DNA from: a virus
Taxonomy: Duplodnaviria; Caudoviricetes
Strand: one strand, 5' to 3'
DNA length: 53,541 nucleotides
IMG/VR virus record: IMGVR_UViG_3300002242_000923
Span: 1 to 53,541 of that record
Position 1 is the first letter of the stretch; the number at the start of each line of letters is the position of its first letter. Below the pieces are notes generated by a model, which was not told the DNA's origin, did not search any database, and saw only the letters and a program-made list of their open reading frames with translations. Position numbers and translations under genes: made by a program. Shown one piece after another: positions 8,400 through 17,185 of this stretch.

Positions 8400-9863
8400 A
8401 TGCCACTAAAAGAAGGTTCAAATAAAAAAACTATTTCTCAAAATATAAGCACAGAAGTTAAGTCAGGTAAATCTCAAGATCAGGCTGTGGCTATAGCATA
8501 CTCAAAAGCTGGAAAATCTATGAAAAAAGATGAGTTAGCTGGCGGTCTAGCAGATGAAAAAACGCCGAAAGATTTTGATAAGAAAAGACTTGCTCAAGGT
8601 ATCAAAGTAGAATCAGAGCACACAAGCAATAAGAAAATAGCTAGAGAAATAGCTATGGATCATTTAACTGAAGATGTTAATTATTATAAAAAACTTAAAA
8701 CCATAGAAAAGAAAGATAAACTTCGTGTTGATAAAGAGATAGATGGAAAGCAAGAACTTGACTATGGATCTGAAGAACTTGATAAAGAAGAGCAAGATGC
8801 TGCACAATCAAATAATCAAGATGCTCAAAATGATTATGACGAATTAAAGCGAAAATGGAAATATCTTAAGAAAGCTTTAGCAGAAGACGCATTTATGACA
8901 ATCGGAGATGATGATGGTGAAGAAGAGAAAGAAGCTAGTGATGCTGAAGGTGAAGAAGAAATCCCAGAAGAACCGTCACCTGAAACGGATGGCGAAGATG
9001 CACTGGTATCACCTGATGAACAAAAAGGACAGGAAGCGGATGATGAAGGTCTTTCTGACGAAGAACACGAATATCTAAAAGAATTATTGGGAGGTGAGGA
9101 AGAATCACAACCCAATGAAGAAGCACAACCTGAGGAAGAATCACAACCTGAGGAAGAAGCACAACCTGAGGAAGAAGCACAACTTGATGATTCCCAAGAA
9201 GATGGCGAAGAAGAAGTTTCTATTGATGAGTTGACTGAAATAATGAAAGAATTAGGTCACTCTGATGCAGAAATAGCGCATGTTCTACACGGTCACCACT
9301 TTCCTGAAGTAGACGAAGTTGCAGCCGAAAAAGCTAAGACAGAGGCTGCTAGTAGGGAGGGCGAATTATCGCTTAAGCAACTTGAAATGGAAATCAAGCA
9401 GATGGAAGCTGCACTTAAAGATAACTATGGAAAGAAAATAAACGAACTAGAAGCTAATCATAAAGAAAAAATGCTTGATTTAGAATTTGAATACGCAGCT
9501 AAAATGAAAGAACTTGAGTATGATAAAGCTAAAAGAGCTGTTGAGGCAGAAGATGATACAGAGCATAAAAGTCGTATGAGAGAAGTAGAATACAACAAGG
9601 CTCAGAAAGATATTCCCGGAGATGCTTTCGATGATACAGAACATCAACAGCGAATGATGGACTTAGAATACGAGAAAGCTAAACGCGAAATGGAACTTGA
9701 CCTAGAGATCAAAAAGAAACAAGCTGATTTAAAAATGAAGCAAATGCAAGCTGATGCTGCACATCGCAGCAAAGAAAAGCAAATAGCTGCAAAACAAAAA
9801 GAAGTAGAAAAAAATTCTTCAGAAGATGGAAAAAAACCCGTTTCTGACAAGAAGGTTAAATAA
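8400..9863 (+). CDS. Modular acidic coiled-coil protein with DUF5661-like domain
   Basis: MPLKEG..QAVAIAYSKA module; GIKVESEHT..AREIAMDHLTE..YYKKL; acidic linker; long coiled coil. Confidence 0.7.
   Translation: MPLKEGSNKKTISQNISTEVKSGKSQDQAVAIAYSKAGKSMKKDELAGGLADEKTPKDFDKKRLAQGIKVESEHTSNKKIAREIAMDHLTEDVNYYKKLKTIEKKDKLRVDKEIDGKQELDYGSEELDKEEQDAAQSNNQDAQNDYDELKRKWKYLKKALAEDAFMTIGDDDGEEEKEASDAEGEEEIPEEPSPETDGEDALVSPDEQKGQEADDEGLSDEEHEYLKELLGGEEESQPNEEAQPEEESQPEEEAQPEEEAQLDDSQEDGEEEVSIDELTEIMKELGHSDAEIAHVLHGHHFPEVDEVAAEKAKTEAASREGELSLKQLEMEIKQMEAALKDNYGKKINELEANHKEKMLDLEFEYAAKMKELEYDKAKRAVEAEDDTEHKSRMREVEYNKAQKDIPGDAFDDTEHQQRMMDLEYEKAKREMELDLEIKKKQADLKMKQMQADAAHRSKEKQIAAKQKEVEKNSSEDGKKPVSDKKVK
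9096..9186 (+). repeat. 18-bp tandem repeat (~5 copies) encoding EEE(S/A)QP
   Basis: gaggaagaa(t/g)cacaacct units. Confidence 0.85.
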
Positions 9864-10054
9864 TGGAAACATTGGCTCTAATACTTTTATTAAGTTGGAG
9901 TTTTGTTGTAGTTATATTGTTTATAGTAGGTAGTAAAAAGATATATAAGCACTTTAATAAAATGAAAAATAGATCACATTTGAAATTGATTCAAGGTGGA
10001 AAAAAAGAGCATGGGCCATATAGTAACACGCATGACAATAAAGAAAACAATTAA
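9863..10054 (+). CDS. Small membrane protein
   Basis: N-terminal hydrophobic helix followed by basic tail. Confidence 0.6.
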   Translation: METLALILLLSWSFVVVILFIVGSKKIYKHFNKMKNRSHLKLIQGGKKEHGPYSNTHDNKENN

Positions 10055-10071
10055 ATGGTATAGGTTTAAAT

Positions 10072-10521
10072 ATGAATAAAAATGGACCAGGAACACTCGA
10101 TTGGAGTGAAGAACTTCAAAAGACAGACGATTACAGACATATTCCAACTGCACTTTGGGCAGCTGATCAGCATGGTGGCGGCAAACAAGGTATTGACCCA
10201 CTTAATAAATCTGAAAAACGAATCAAAGAAGGAGAAACTCCTTATAGACCAACCGATAAAGAAATCACGGCAGCAATTATGCACAACGCACCTAAACAAC
10301 CTACAGATGAAGAAATGTTTGGTCACTTAGTTGTTTCTGAAGAGCAAGTGGCTAAAGCTAAAGCAGATTGGTATAACAAGTTGCAAGGCTTTTATGACGC
10401 TGCTATGAAACCAGTTATTCCAGAAGAAGAACAAGAATTAGAATGGGGTTCTGGAAAGTCATTTAATAGTACACTCTCTGACCAAGAGAGACTTAAAAGA
10501 AATATGTATACAGGCGAATAG
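10072..10521 (+). CDS. Hypothetical, possible head protein
   Basis: 149-aa ORF; LQKT, LNKS, VAKA motifs. Confidence 0.65.
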   Translation: MNKNGPGTLDWSEELQKTDDYRHIPTALWAADQHGGGKQGIDPLNKSEKRIKEGETPYRPTDKEITAAIMHNAPKQPTDEEMFGHLVVSEEQVAKAKADWYNKLQGFYDAAMKPVIPEEEQELEWGSGKSFNSTLSDQERLKRNMYTGE

Positions 10522-10523
10522 CC

Positions 10524-10565
10524 TGTTATAATATAAGCATACTCCCCAGCATGGGTTGGGGTTTT
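10524..10565 (+). promoter_or_regulatory. Extended -10 (TGTTATAAT) followed by a short hairpin
   Basis: TATAAT 10527-10532; CCCCAGC/GTTGGGG-TTTT 10544-10565. Confidence 0.5.
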
Positions 10566-10584
10566 ACGGTTAAGGATAAGGGTA

Positions 10585-11544
10585 ATGTCAGATTTTACAT
10601 CGCCTCGCATTACAGAAAAGAGGTACATAAAGATACCACCTACAGCATTAACAGCTAGTGGAACTGTTAATGGATTAATAACTGTAGAGAATACCTATTG
10701 TTTCAAGGTAGGTCAGTGCTTATTATTTAAACAGGGCACAATCTTTTTTAAAGCCAAAATCCAAAGAGTAATATCAGAAACTCAATTCATAGTCATTGAA
10801 CCTTCAGAGTCTATAGTTACCAAAAAGAAACTAAATATGTCTAGCTTCTTAGCGGGAACAACTGTCGAGCTTCAAGAGGTTAAACGCCCTGTTATAGATC
10901 TCTTAGAAATCCAGAGACAAGTATATGAAGAAGAGCCTACAATAGCCCTTAGAACTCATCAAGTAGATTGGTTAGGTAGAAGCTATGATGCTTCTAACCC
11001 TATGCCAGTTCAGCTATCAGATGGCTCTATCGATATAGGTACAGTTAATGCTGAATTAGCCGTTCAACTCACTCATCAAGATAATGTACCTAATAATGGC
11101 GATATTGCAGATTCAGTTAAGATAGGTGATGGTGTAGAGACTCTAGCAGTTAATCCTGATGGATCGATAAATGTGTCAATCAACCCAACGCCTTCAGGTA
11201 ACTATAAGCCAGTAAGCACGTATAATGAAGTAACATCAGTAGTAAGTAGCAGTTTAACAACTGTAGCAGCATATACAGTTCCAATAGGAAAAACTGCTGC
11301 ACTGTATACTGCAGATGTATCTGGAAGCAGTATAGCAACCTATACAGTTGAAGTAAATTCAGTTGTAGTAGATAAGAAATACACTTGGTTTGGTGGACAA
11401 TTAAGTGAAAGATTTGAGTTTACTACCCCAAATGGCGGTTCAATTCAATTACTTGCTGGAGATATTGTAACTATTAAAATTACACACAATCGCCCAACAC
11501 CTGGCAATTTCAACGCTAAAATAGATGTAGTTGAAATAGGTTAA
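10585..11544 (+). CDS. Probable virion structural (collar/fibre-associated) protein
   Basis: Beta-rich; SNPMPV and LAVNPDGSINV motifs; jelly-roll-like C-terminus. Confidence 0.6.
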   Translation: MSDFTSPRITEKRYIKIPPTALTASGTVNGLITVENTYCFKVGQCLLFKQGTIFFKAKIQRVISETQFIVIEPSESIVTKKKLNMSSFLAGTTVELQEVKRPVIDLLEIQRQVYEEEPTIALRTHQVDWLGRSYDASNPMPVQLSDGSIDIGTVNAELAVQLTHQDNVPNNGDIADSVKIGDGVETLAVNPDGSINVSINPTPSGNYKPVSTYNEVTSVVSSSLTTVAAYTVPIGKTAALYTADVSGSSIATYTVEVNSVVVDKKYTWFGGQLSERFEFTTPNGGSIQLLAGDIVTIKITHNRPTPGNFNAKIDVVEIG

Positions 11545-11574
11545 TAAGACAATATGATATAATATATAAAAAGG

Positions 11575-11763
11575 ATGAATATGAGCAATTTAAAGAAAAA
11601 GAAGTTAGAATTAGACATAATGAAAGTTGCAGCTGCAAAGGCTGAACTTGAATACAAGATAGAAGAGCGCTTACAAGATATTAAGCGTATGAAAGAACAC
11701 ATTGAACTACAAGAAAAACGAAAAATAGAGTTACATAAAGAACTAAAAGAACTAGGGGAGTAA
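11575..11763 (+). CDS. Small coiled-coil protein
   Basis: Heptad pattern; TGATATAAT promoter at 11555-11563. Confidence 0.65.
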   Translation: MNMSNLKKKKLELDIMKVAAAKAELEYKIEERLQDIKRMKEHIELQEKRKIELHKELKELGE

Positions 11764-11766
11764 TAA

Positions 11767-12540
11767 ATGGCTGATTATGAAAGCGGCTTACCGATTCGGA
11801 CGGAAGCAGATGGAACGGATGAACGTGTCCACGTCAAGATTGTGGATGGAACAAATCCATCAGTAAACCAAACCACTGTAGATAATGATAAGAACTTACA
11901 CGTAGAACTACATGGTGATGATGAAGGTAATACCGATAGAGTTGTTGCCTTATCTGAGAAAGGCAATGTAGCCCTTGATGGTGTTCAAGATGTAAGCACA
12001 AACACAAACCCTTCTTCTTCTGCTTTGATTGCCCATGATAGAAATGGTATTTCTACAAATAGAACACATCAAGATAAGCGTGTAACAGCTATACTAGGCG
12101 AAACCAATACTGTATGTTTAGATATTGCCTTACATGATGAATCTGGTCAGAACTATGATGCTAATAATCCATTGCCAGTTGCTCTTGAAGAATCTGAAGG
12201 CAATGAAATTAATGACTTTCAAGTAAGTGCATCTGTAGCTAAGAATACAATTGTAAATCATGATTATGTTGTAACAGCTGGTAAAACTTTAGTTGGAGAT
12301 CAAATTTGGGCTTCTGCTTCAGGTAAGATTAAAGTTGAAGTTCAAGTAGAGACAGGCGTAGGTACTGGTATATATAATTCTGCATTCGTGGCTTTTAATT
12401 CAACAGCTAATCCTAATATAGAAATACCTGTCTTAAAAAGACTTAAAGTTATTGCTGGAGTTAATGTTAGAATAGTAATAAAGAACTTAGATAATCAACC
12501 ACAAGATGTATATTCTACATTAACTGCGATTGAAAAATAA
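11767..12540 (+). CDS. Probable virion structural protein
   Basis: GGGGAG RBS; YDANNPLPV motif shared with 10585 ORF. Confidence 0.65.
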   Translation: MADYESGLPIRTEADGTDERVHVKIVDGTNPSVNQTTVDNDKNLHVELHGDDEGNTDRVVALSEKGNVALDGVQDVSTNTNPSSSALIAHDRNGISTNRTHQDKRVTAILGETNTVCLDIALHDESGQNYDANNPLPVALEESEGNEINDFQVSASVAKNTIVNHDYVVTAGKTLVGDQIWASASGKIKVEVQVETGVGTGIYNSAFVAFNSTANPNIEIPVLKRLKVIAGVNVRIVIKNLDNQPQDVYSTLTAIEK

Positions 12541-12549
12541 TAGGAATTA

Positions 12550-12942
12550 ATGATGGCTGACATACAAGATATTGATGCTGCACAAACCGTTAAAGTTGTA
12601 GGTTCTGATCTAACTGGAGTTGAAGAAACTCCAGTAAGTTCCACACCAAATGGCGAGTTAAAGATTGCAGATACTCACAATAATGGCGGTCAAGACGTTA
12701 CTATATCTATTACCTCAGGTTCTCCTGTTGAATTAAAAGTAAGTGCAACTAGGTTAGCAAACAGAAAATATGTTATCATGGAAGCTCTTAATACAGGAGT
12801 AAAGTGGGGATTTTCTAGTTCAACACAGAGTTTTGATCTCTTTAAAAGTCAATTAATAATGGTTCCAATTGGTGAGAATACTGAAATATGGTTTGATTGT
12901 CAATCTGGAACTAAACAAGTAGCAATAGCGGAGTTAGCATAA
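12550..12942 (+). CDS. Probable virion structural protein
   Basis: Beta-rich ORF in operon. Confidence 0.6.
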   Translation: MMADIQDIDAAQTVKVVGSDLTGVEETPVSSTPNGELKIADTHNNGGQDVTISITSGSPVELKVSATRLANRKYVIMEALNTGVKWGFSSSTQSFDLFKSQLIMVPIGENTEIWFDCQSGTKQVAIAELA

Positions 12943-12943
12943 T

Positions 12944-13453
12944 ATGGCTGGTCCTTTTACCACCCCAGTTGCTCAATCAACACCGTTTGAGCCAAATAGA
13001 AATCCAGATTATAATGGAAATGTTGGTGCTCTAAGTGCTGATAATGTTCAAGACGCGATCGAAGAAGCTTATAATAATGCTCCTGGGAAGATTGCTAGAT
13101 ATACAATAACTTTAACTCATAATGGTGCTGTAGGTAATGGAACATTCTTTGGTTACTCTAACTTAATACCAGGAGATGCTTCTCCAATATTATTTCCATT
13201 TGCAAGTACATTAACTGAATTTACATTTACTAATAAAAAAAATAAAGCAGACTATACTTTAAAGTTTAGAAAAAATAGCACAACTGCTACTCCATTCTAT
13301 ACGGTATCTAAAGTCAATACTCAGTTCTTTTCAGATGCAAATGTAAACGAAACTTTTGCTGCTGGAGATACTATATTTGTTCAGTACCAAGATGATGGTG
13401 CTAATGCAAGAGACGTTGGTATTGTATTGTTCTTACAGAGGGTAGCTTTATGA
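12944..13453 (+). CDS. Probable virion structural protein
   Basis: SADNVQDAIEE motif plus beta-sandwich-like C-terminus. Confidence 0.6.
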   Translation: MAGPFTTPVAQSTPFEPNRNPDYNGNVGALSADNVQDAIEEAYNNAPGKIARYTITLTHNGAVGNGTFFGYSNLIPGDASPILFPFASTLTEFTFTNKKNKADYTLKFRKNSTTATPFYTVSKVNTQFFSDANVNETFAAGDTIFVQYQDDGANARDVGIVLFLQRVAL

Positions 13454-14214
13454 TTAAGTATATAAAGAATATTTCTCAATCAACTTTCAGTATTGCTGGT
13501 TTCCCGGTTTTACCTTCAGAAATAAAAGAGATTAGTTACTTAAAACAAGTAAAATATTTTAATTCAAGCGATGACAGTATAGATATTTTAATAAACAATA
13601 ATCAAGCTTTATTGAGCTTAGATGGAACAACAACACTATCTAAAGCTGCTTCACTTATTATTGCTAAAACCATTGGTCAAGCGGAAGAGACTTATTTTAA
13701 AAATAAAAATATAAGAAATAATGGACTCTCTTCTGAGAGTGTACAAGATGCAATCGAAGAATCTTTTTTAAATCCAGACAATTTGCCTAATGGTAAATTA
13801 CTTAAAACGACATTTACTTATCACGGAACAGCTAGAAACAGGTGGTTAAGGGTTAACCATAGTCTTGGTAGCGATTCTGTTCCTTTTATTGTGCCATTTA
13901 ATTGTGTATTAATAGGTATGACAATGATTAATGATGCTTATGCTGATACAGATGTAGAAATTCATGTTATGAAAAGAAATTCAGAAATAACTAACCTTAG
14001 CTACCTTTGGCCCATTAGAGATTCAAGAGAAGCTTTAATTAATATACCAAAAAACACTATTGGGACTTCATTTGAATATGGAGATAAAATTGGAGCCTAT
14101 GTTAAAGACAGAGGCTCAAACCTAAAGAAAGTTAATATAGACTTATACTTTATAGTTCAAGATGCAGGTATTGACCATAATGAAAACTTTTATAACGACT
14201 TAGAGAGAGAATAA
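13450..14214 (+). CDS. Probable virion structural protein (paralog-like to neighbours)
   Basis: SSESVQDAIEE motif; YIKN N-terminus shared with next ORF. Confidence 0.6.
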   Translation: MIKYIKNISQSTFSIAGFPVLPSEIKEISYLKQVKYFNSSDDSIDILINNNQALLSLDGTTTLSKAASLIIAKTIGQAEETYFKNKNIRNNGLSSESVQDAIEESFLNPDNLPNGKLLKTTFTYHGTARNRWLRVNHSLGSDSVPFIVPFNCVLIGMTMINDAYADTDVEIHVMKRNSEITNLSYLWPIRDSREALINIPKNTIGTSFEYGDKIGAYVKDRGSNLKKVNIDLYFIVQDAGIDHNENFYNDLERE

Positions 14215-14882
14215 TGATATATATTAAAAACGCTACAGCTTTAAATAAAACTTATCTTGGACAAACTATTCTACCTGGTGAATATTTTTTAATTCCATTA
14301 GAAGAAGAAAAATTGTTTTCTCAAGAGGACTCTTTGCTTACAGATATAGGTAATAGTGATGCTGTTATTTCAAAAACAAATGACGGAACGACAGATATCT
14401 CTATTGTCAGTGATGCGATTATGTTTTTACAAGGCAGCCTTCCTTCTAAAGTAGAGAATACTAGCTTCCCTTTTGCTAAAAAGATATTGTCTAACGGAAA
14501 AAAACTTTACCGCAGAAAGCACGGCGTAAGAAAAAATTGTTTAGCTTCTTCTGATACCTTTATAGATATAATTGTTCCATATGTCCAATGTAAGATTGAC
14601 GAAGTAGAAATTATTAATTGTTCTGGTAATGACAATGTTGATTTTTTAATCCTTGACACGGGTACTAATACTTACTCGCAAGCTCCTGTAGCAGCAGTTG
14701 GAGCCAATTATATTCTTAATCAATTTGGCTTTAATGTAGCCGTTAGTGATCTTTTTTATTCTGATTCTAGTAATTATGACGCAGATCTATATCAAGGAAT
14801 GATTGTAAGAGTGATTTATAAGAATACAGAATCTCAAGATAAAAATATTGGAATAAACTTTGTGCTTCATGAGGTTAAGTAA
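14214..14882 (+). CDS. Probable virion structural protein
   Basis: TAATG coupling; YIKN...ILPGE N-terminus. Confidence 0.6.
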   Translation: MIYIKNATALNKTYLGQTILPGEYFLIPLEEEKLFSQEDSLLTDIGNSDAVISKTNDGTTDISIVSDAIMFLQGSLPSKVENTSFPFAKKILSNGKKLYRRKHGVRKNCLASSDTFIDIIVPYVQCKIDEVEIINCSGNDNVDFLILDTGTNTYSQAPVAAVGANYILNQFGFNVAVSDLFYSDSSNYDADLYQGMIVRVIYKNTESQDKNIGINFVLHEVK

Positions 14883-14993
14883 TGCCTAAGTTATTTATAA
14901 GACTAAGAAAGAAGCTTAATCGATTACAAAAAAGGCACATGATAAAGTGTGTAATGTCACGAAGAAGAAAAAGAAAAAGGCTCAGGAGATAGT

Positions 14994-15701
14994 GTGAAAA
15001 TTTTAAATTGGTTTATTAAACTTATAAGCAAAACGATAGGATTGTTGCATTTACCTTTTGTTGATAAAAGTTTTCCCTTAAGCGATTATTTTGAAATAGA
15101 AAAACATATTAGGGGACTTGAAAGTCCTTTTGTTGTTGGTGCTGTTAAGATTAATGGCCATGGGTCTAATATTCTAATAGGATTGGTTCAGAGTATATCT
15201 TCAAAAGGAGGCGCTTTTAAAGTAACACATGCTTTAGCGCACATAGGCTTATATAACGGCTTTAAACATAGAGTTGTTCAATCAGTTGGTTCTGGAATTA
15301 AAGAATCTTCATTATTAGAGGCCATTGGACAAAGAGATACAGTTGTTTTAAGAAGACCTAACCCTAAAGTTTTGAATAGTAAAGTATGTGAACACGCATT
15401 AGAGTATTTACATGCAGTAGCTAAAAGAGACGCTCAAGTTAATATAGAATATGACAATGTTCATGATTATTCTGAAATTACTATAGAACAAGTTCGTGAG
15501 TATTCTAATAAAAATGTAAAAATGGACTGCAGTGAAACAGTTATGCAAGCTATAAATCATGGCTTTAAAATGACAAATCAGAAAAGTTTGATAAATATGG
15601 TTAATAGAGCTGGAAAAGAATCTTGGGCACCTAGTGACTTATACAATTCTAAGTTATTCATTACTTTTTATGACTCAAAGAAAGGGTTTATAAATAGCTA
15701 G
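14994..15701 (+). CDS. Permuted papain-like NlpC/P60 (YiiX/YebB-like) hydrolase
   Basis: His (THALAH) precedes Cys (YD...MDCSE), VVLRRP, terminal APSDL. Confidence 0.7.
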   Translation: MKILNWFIKLISKTIGLLHLPFVDKSFPLSDYFEIEKHIRGLESPFVVGAVKINGHGSNILIGLVQSISSKGGAFKVTHALAHIGLYNGFKHRVVQSVGSGIKESSLLEAIGQRDTVVLRRPNPKVLNSKVCEHALEYLHAVAKRDAQVNIEYDNVHDYSEITIEQVREYSNKNVKMDCSETVMQAINHGFKMTNQKSLINMVNRAGKESWAPSDLYNSKLFITFYDSKKGFINS

Positions 15702-15750
15702 CTATTAAGATTAATCTTTAAAAGTAAGTCCAAAAATGTTAAGACCTTCT

Positions 15751-15939
15751 TTAATCCTGACTTTGCTGAGAAGATTCTATAGTATCTAATAATCTTTTAA
15801 GTTCATAAATAGCACCTTGCTTGCCAGATACTTCATTCCCCATACGATCTATTTGAGAAGAAAGTTTATCTCTGTGACTTAATAAATCATTAATTTCTCG
15901 CACTAGTTCATCAATTCTTGTTATAATTGTGTCTTTCAT
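15751..15939 (-). CDS. Small coiled-coil protein, probably leaderless
   Basis: ATG at 15939 is 6 nt after TATAAT (15951-15946). Confidence 0.6.
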   Translation of the reverse strand: MKDTIITRIDELVREINDLLSHRDKLSSQIDRMGNEVSGKQGAIYELKRLLDTIESSQQSQD

Positions 15940-16017
15940 ATATATATTATACCTATTTAACGGCATTATATGGTACAATTAAGTAAGATAAGACACTATA
16001 CATAGGAGTGACATAGA

Positions 16018-16368
16018 ATGAGCGATAAACTCGATATGATCTATGACTTATTGAAAAACGACCGCAAAGAAGCGGGAGAGTTCAGAAAAGAAGTCAGAGA
16101 TTCTCACAAAAAAACGGACGATAGATTAACTAAGTTAGAAATTCAAGGTGAAGCACAAAATATATCACTTGACAAGCATATTGAAGGTGTAAAAACCTTA
16201 AAACAACTACACTTAGATAACGTAAGTAGAATTAAAACTATAGAAAATGATGTAGTTGTTTTAAGAGAACCGGCTAAGGTTATGTCGGTTCTTAAAAAGT
16301 GGTTGTTAGGAGCAGCTACAGTGGCTACAGCAATTATAACAATATCAAAGCTAATGGGGCTTTTTTAA
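16018..16368 (+). CDS. Coiled-coil protein with C-terminal membrane anchor (XhlA/holin-like)
   Basis: RLTKLE coiled coil, KWLLGAATVATAII TM; TGGTACAAT promoter 15971-15979. Confidence 0.6.
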   Translation: MSDKLDMIYDLLKNDRKEAGEFRKEVRDSHKKTDDRLTKLEIQGEAQNISLDKHIEGVKTLKQLHLDNVSRIKTIENDVVVLREPAKVMSVLKKWLLGAATVATAIITISKLMGLF

Positions 16369-16410
16369 TAAAGTGTTGACACTGCTACAGCAGTGAACTA
16401 AGGAGAAATT

Positions 16411-16899
16411 ATGTCACAACACAAACAAGGAATGGAAAGGGTGATGCAATCCTCTTTCAAGCACAGAAGAGCAGGTACTGAGATGGCCACAGCTGTTATA
16501 GGTATCGAAGCAATGCTAGTATCTGGAATCAATACAACAACAGCCGTAGAGAACGCAGATAAAAAAGTACAAGGTAGATGTAGATCTGGTCTTGCTCATA
16601 AAGCGTTCGGTAAGCAATTAGCAGATGCTGTTACTACATTAGATAAAATAATTGCAGATGAAAGCCTTACTATTGTAGCTGAAGATAAAAAACTTATAGG
16701 TCAACATAAAGCTGGTCTTAGGGCTGTAGTTATTAAAGATATTACCCGTAAAATATTAGGAAAAGAAATTGCTGATATTGCTGATAAAGCAGAAAAAGTA
16801 GTTGATGAACTATTAGTTATTTATGGAGTAGGTGGAGCTAAAGAATCTGGCCCAACTGCAGCTAATCTATTAATTATCAAAGAAGCAATGCAAGCGTAA
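16411..16899 (+). CDS. Hypothetical protein with three internal helical repeats
   Basis: AAGGAG RBS; repeated G-x-E/Q-x-A-x-A segments. Confidence 0.7.
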   Translation: MSQHKQGMERVMQSSFKHRRAGTEMATAVIGIEAMLVSGINTTTAVENADKKVQGRCRSGLAHKAFGKQLADAVTTLDKIIADESLTIVAEDKKLIGQHKAGLRAVVIKDITRKILGKEIADIADKAEKVVDELLVIYGVGGAKESGPTAANLLIIKEAMQA

Positions 16900-16909
16900 G
16901 GAGTAAACT

Positions 16910-17113
16910 ATGTCTAAAAAATTCGATAAAATGCTTAAAGCTCTAGAAGATATCAAAACTGATAAAGTTAAAGTAGAAAAGAAAGAGAAAAAAGTAGAAA
17001 AGAATAAAACTAAAAAAGAAAAAGTCATTAATGCAGATGTTAATGGTGACGGAAAAGTCGATGAGAAAGACGTCGAAGAAGTCAAAAAGAAAATAGTTAG
17101 TAAAAAAGACTAA
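16910..17113 (+). CDS. Small Lys-rich protein with dockerin/EF-hand-like loop
   Basis: ADVNGDGKVDEKD; strong RBS. Confidence 0.7.
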   Translation: MSKKFDKMLKALEDIKTDKVKVEKKEKKVEKNKTKKEKVINADVNGDGKVDEKDVEEVKKKIVSKKD

Positions 17114-17120
17114 ATATCAG

Positions 17121-17145
17121 AGCCACTCTTTTGAGTGGCTTTTTT
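17121..17145 (+). terminator. Rho-independent terminator at the convergence of the two gene blocks
   Basis: AGCCACTC-tttt-GAGTGGCT-TTTTT. Confidence 0.9.
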
Positions 17146-17185
17146 ATCTATTCTTATCCAGTCTATCTTAACTAACTCTTCATTT

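Noticed and set aside
9096-9186. CRISPR-like array
   Set aside because: In-frame 18-bp coding repeats without spacers; the dispersed 11-mers are also not an array
13871-13881. Near-match to the 11-mer (AACAGAATCGC)
   Set aside because: Antisense inside a structural gene with no downstream ORF; likely chance
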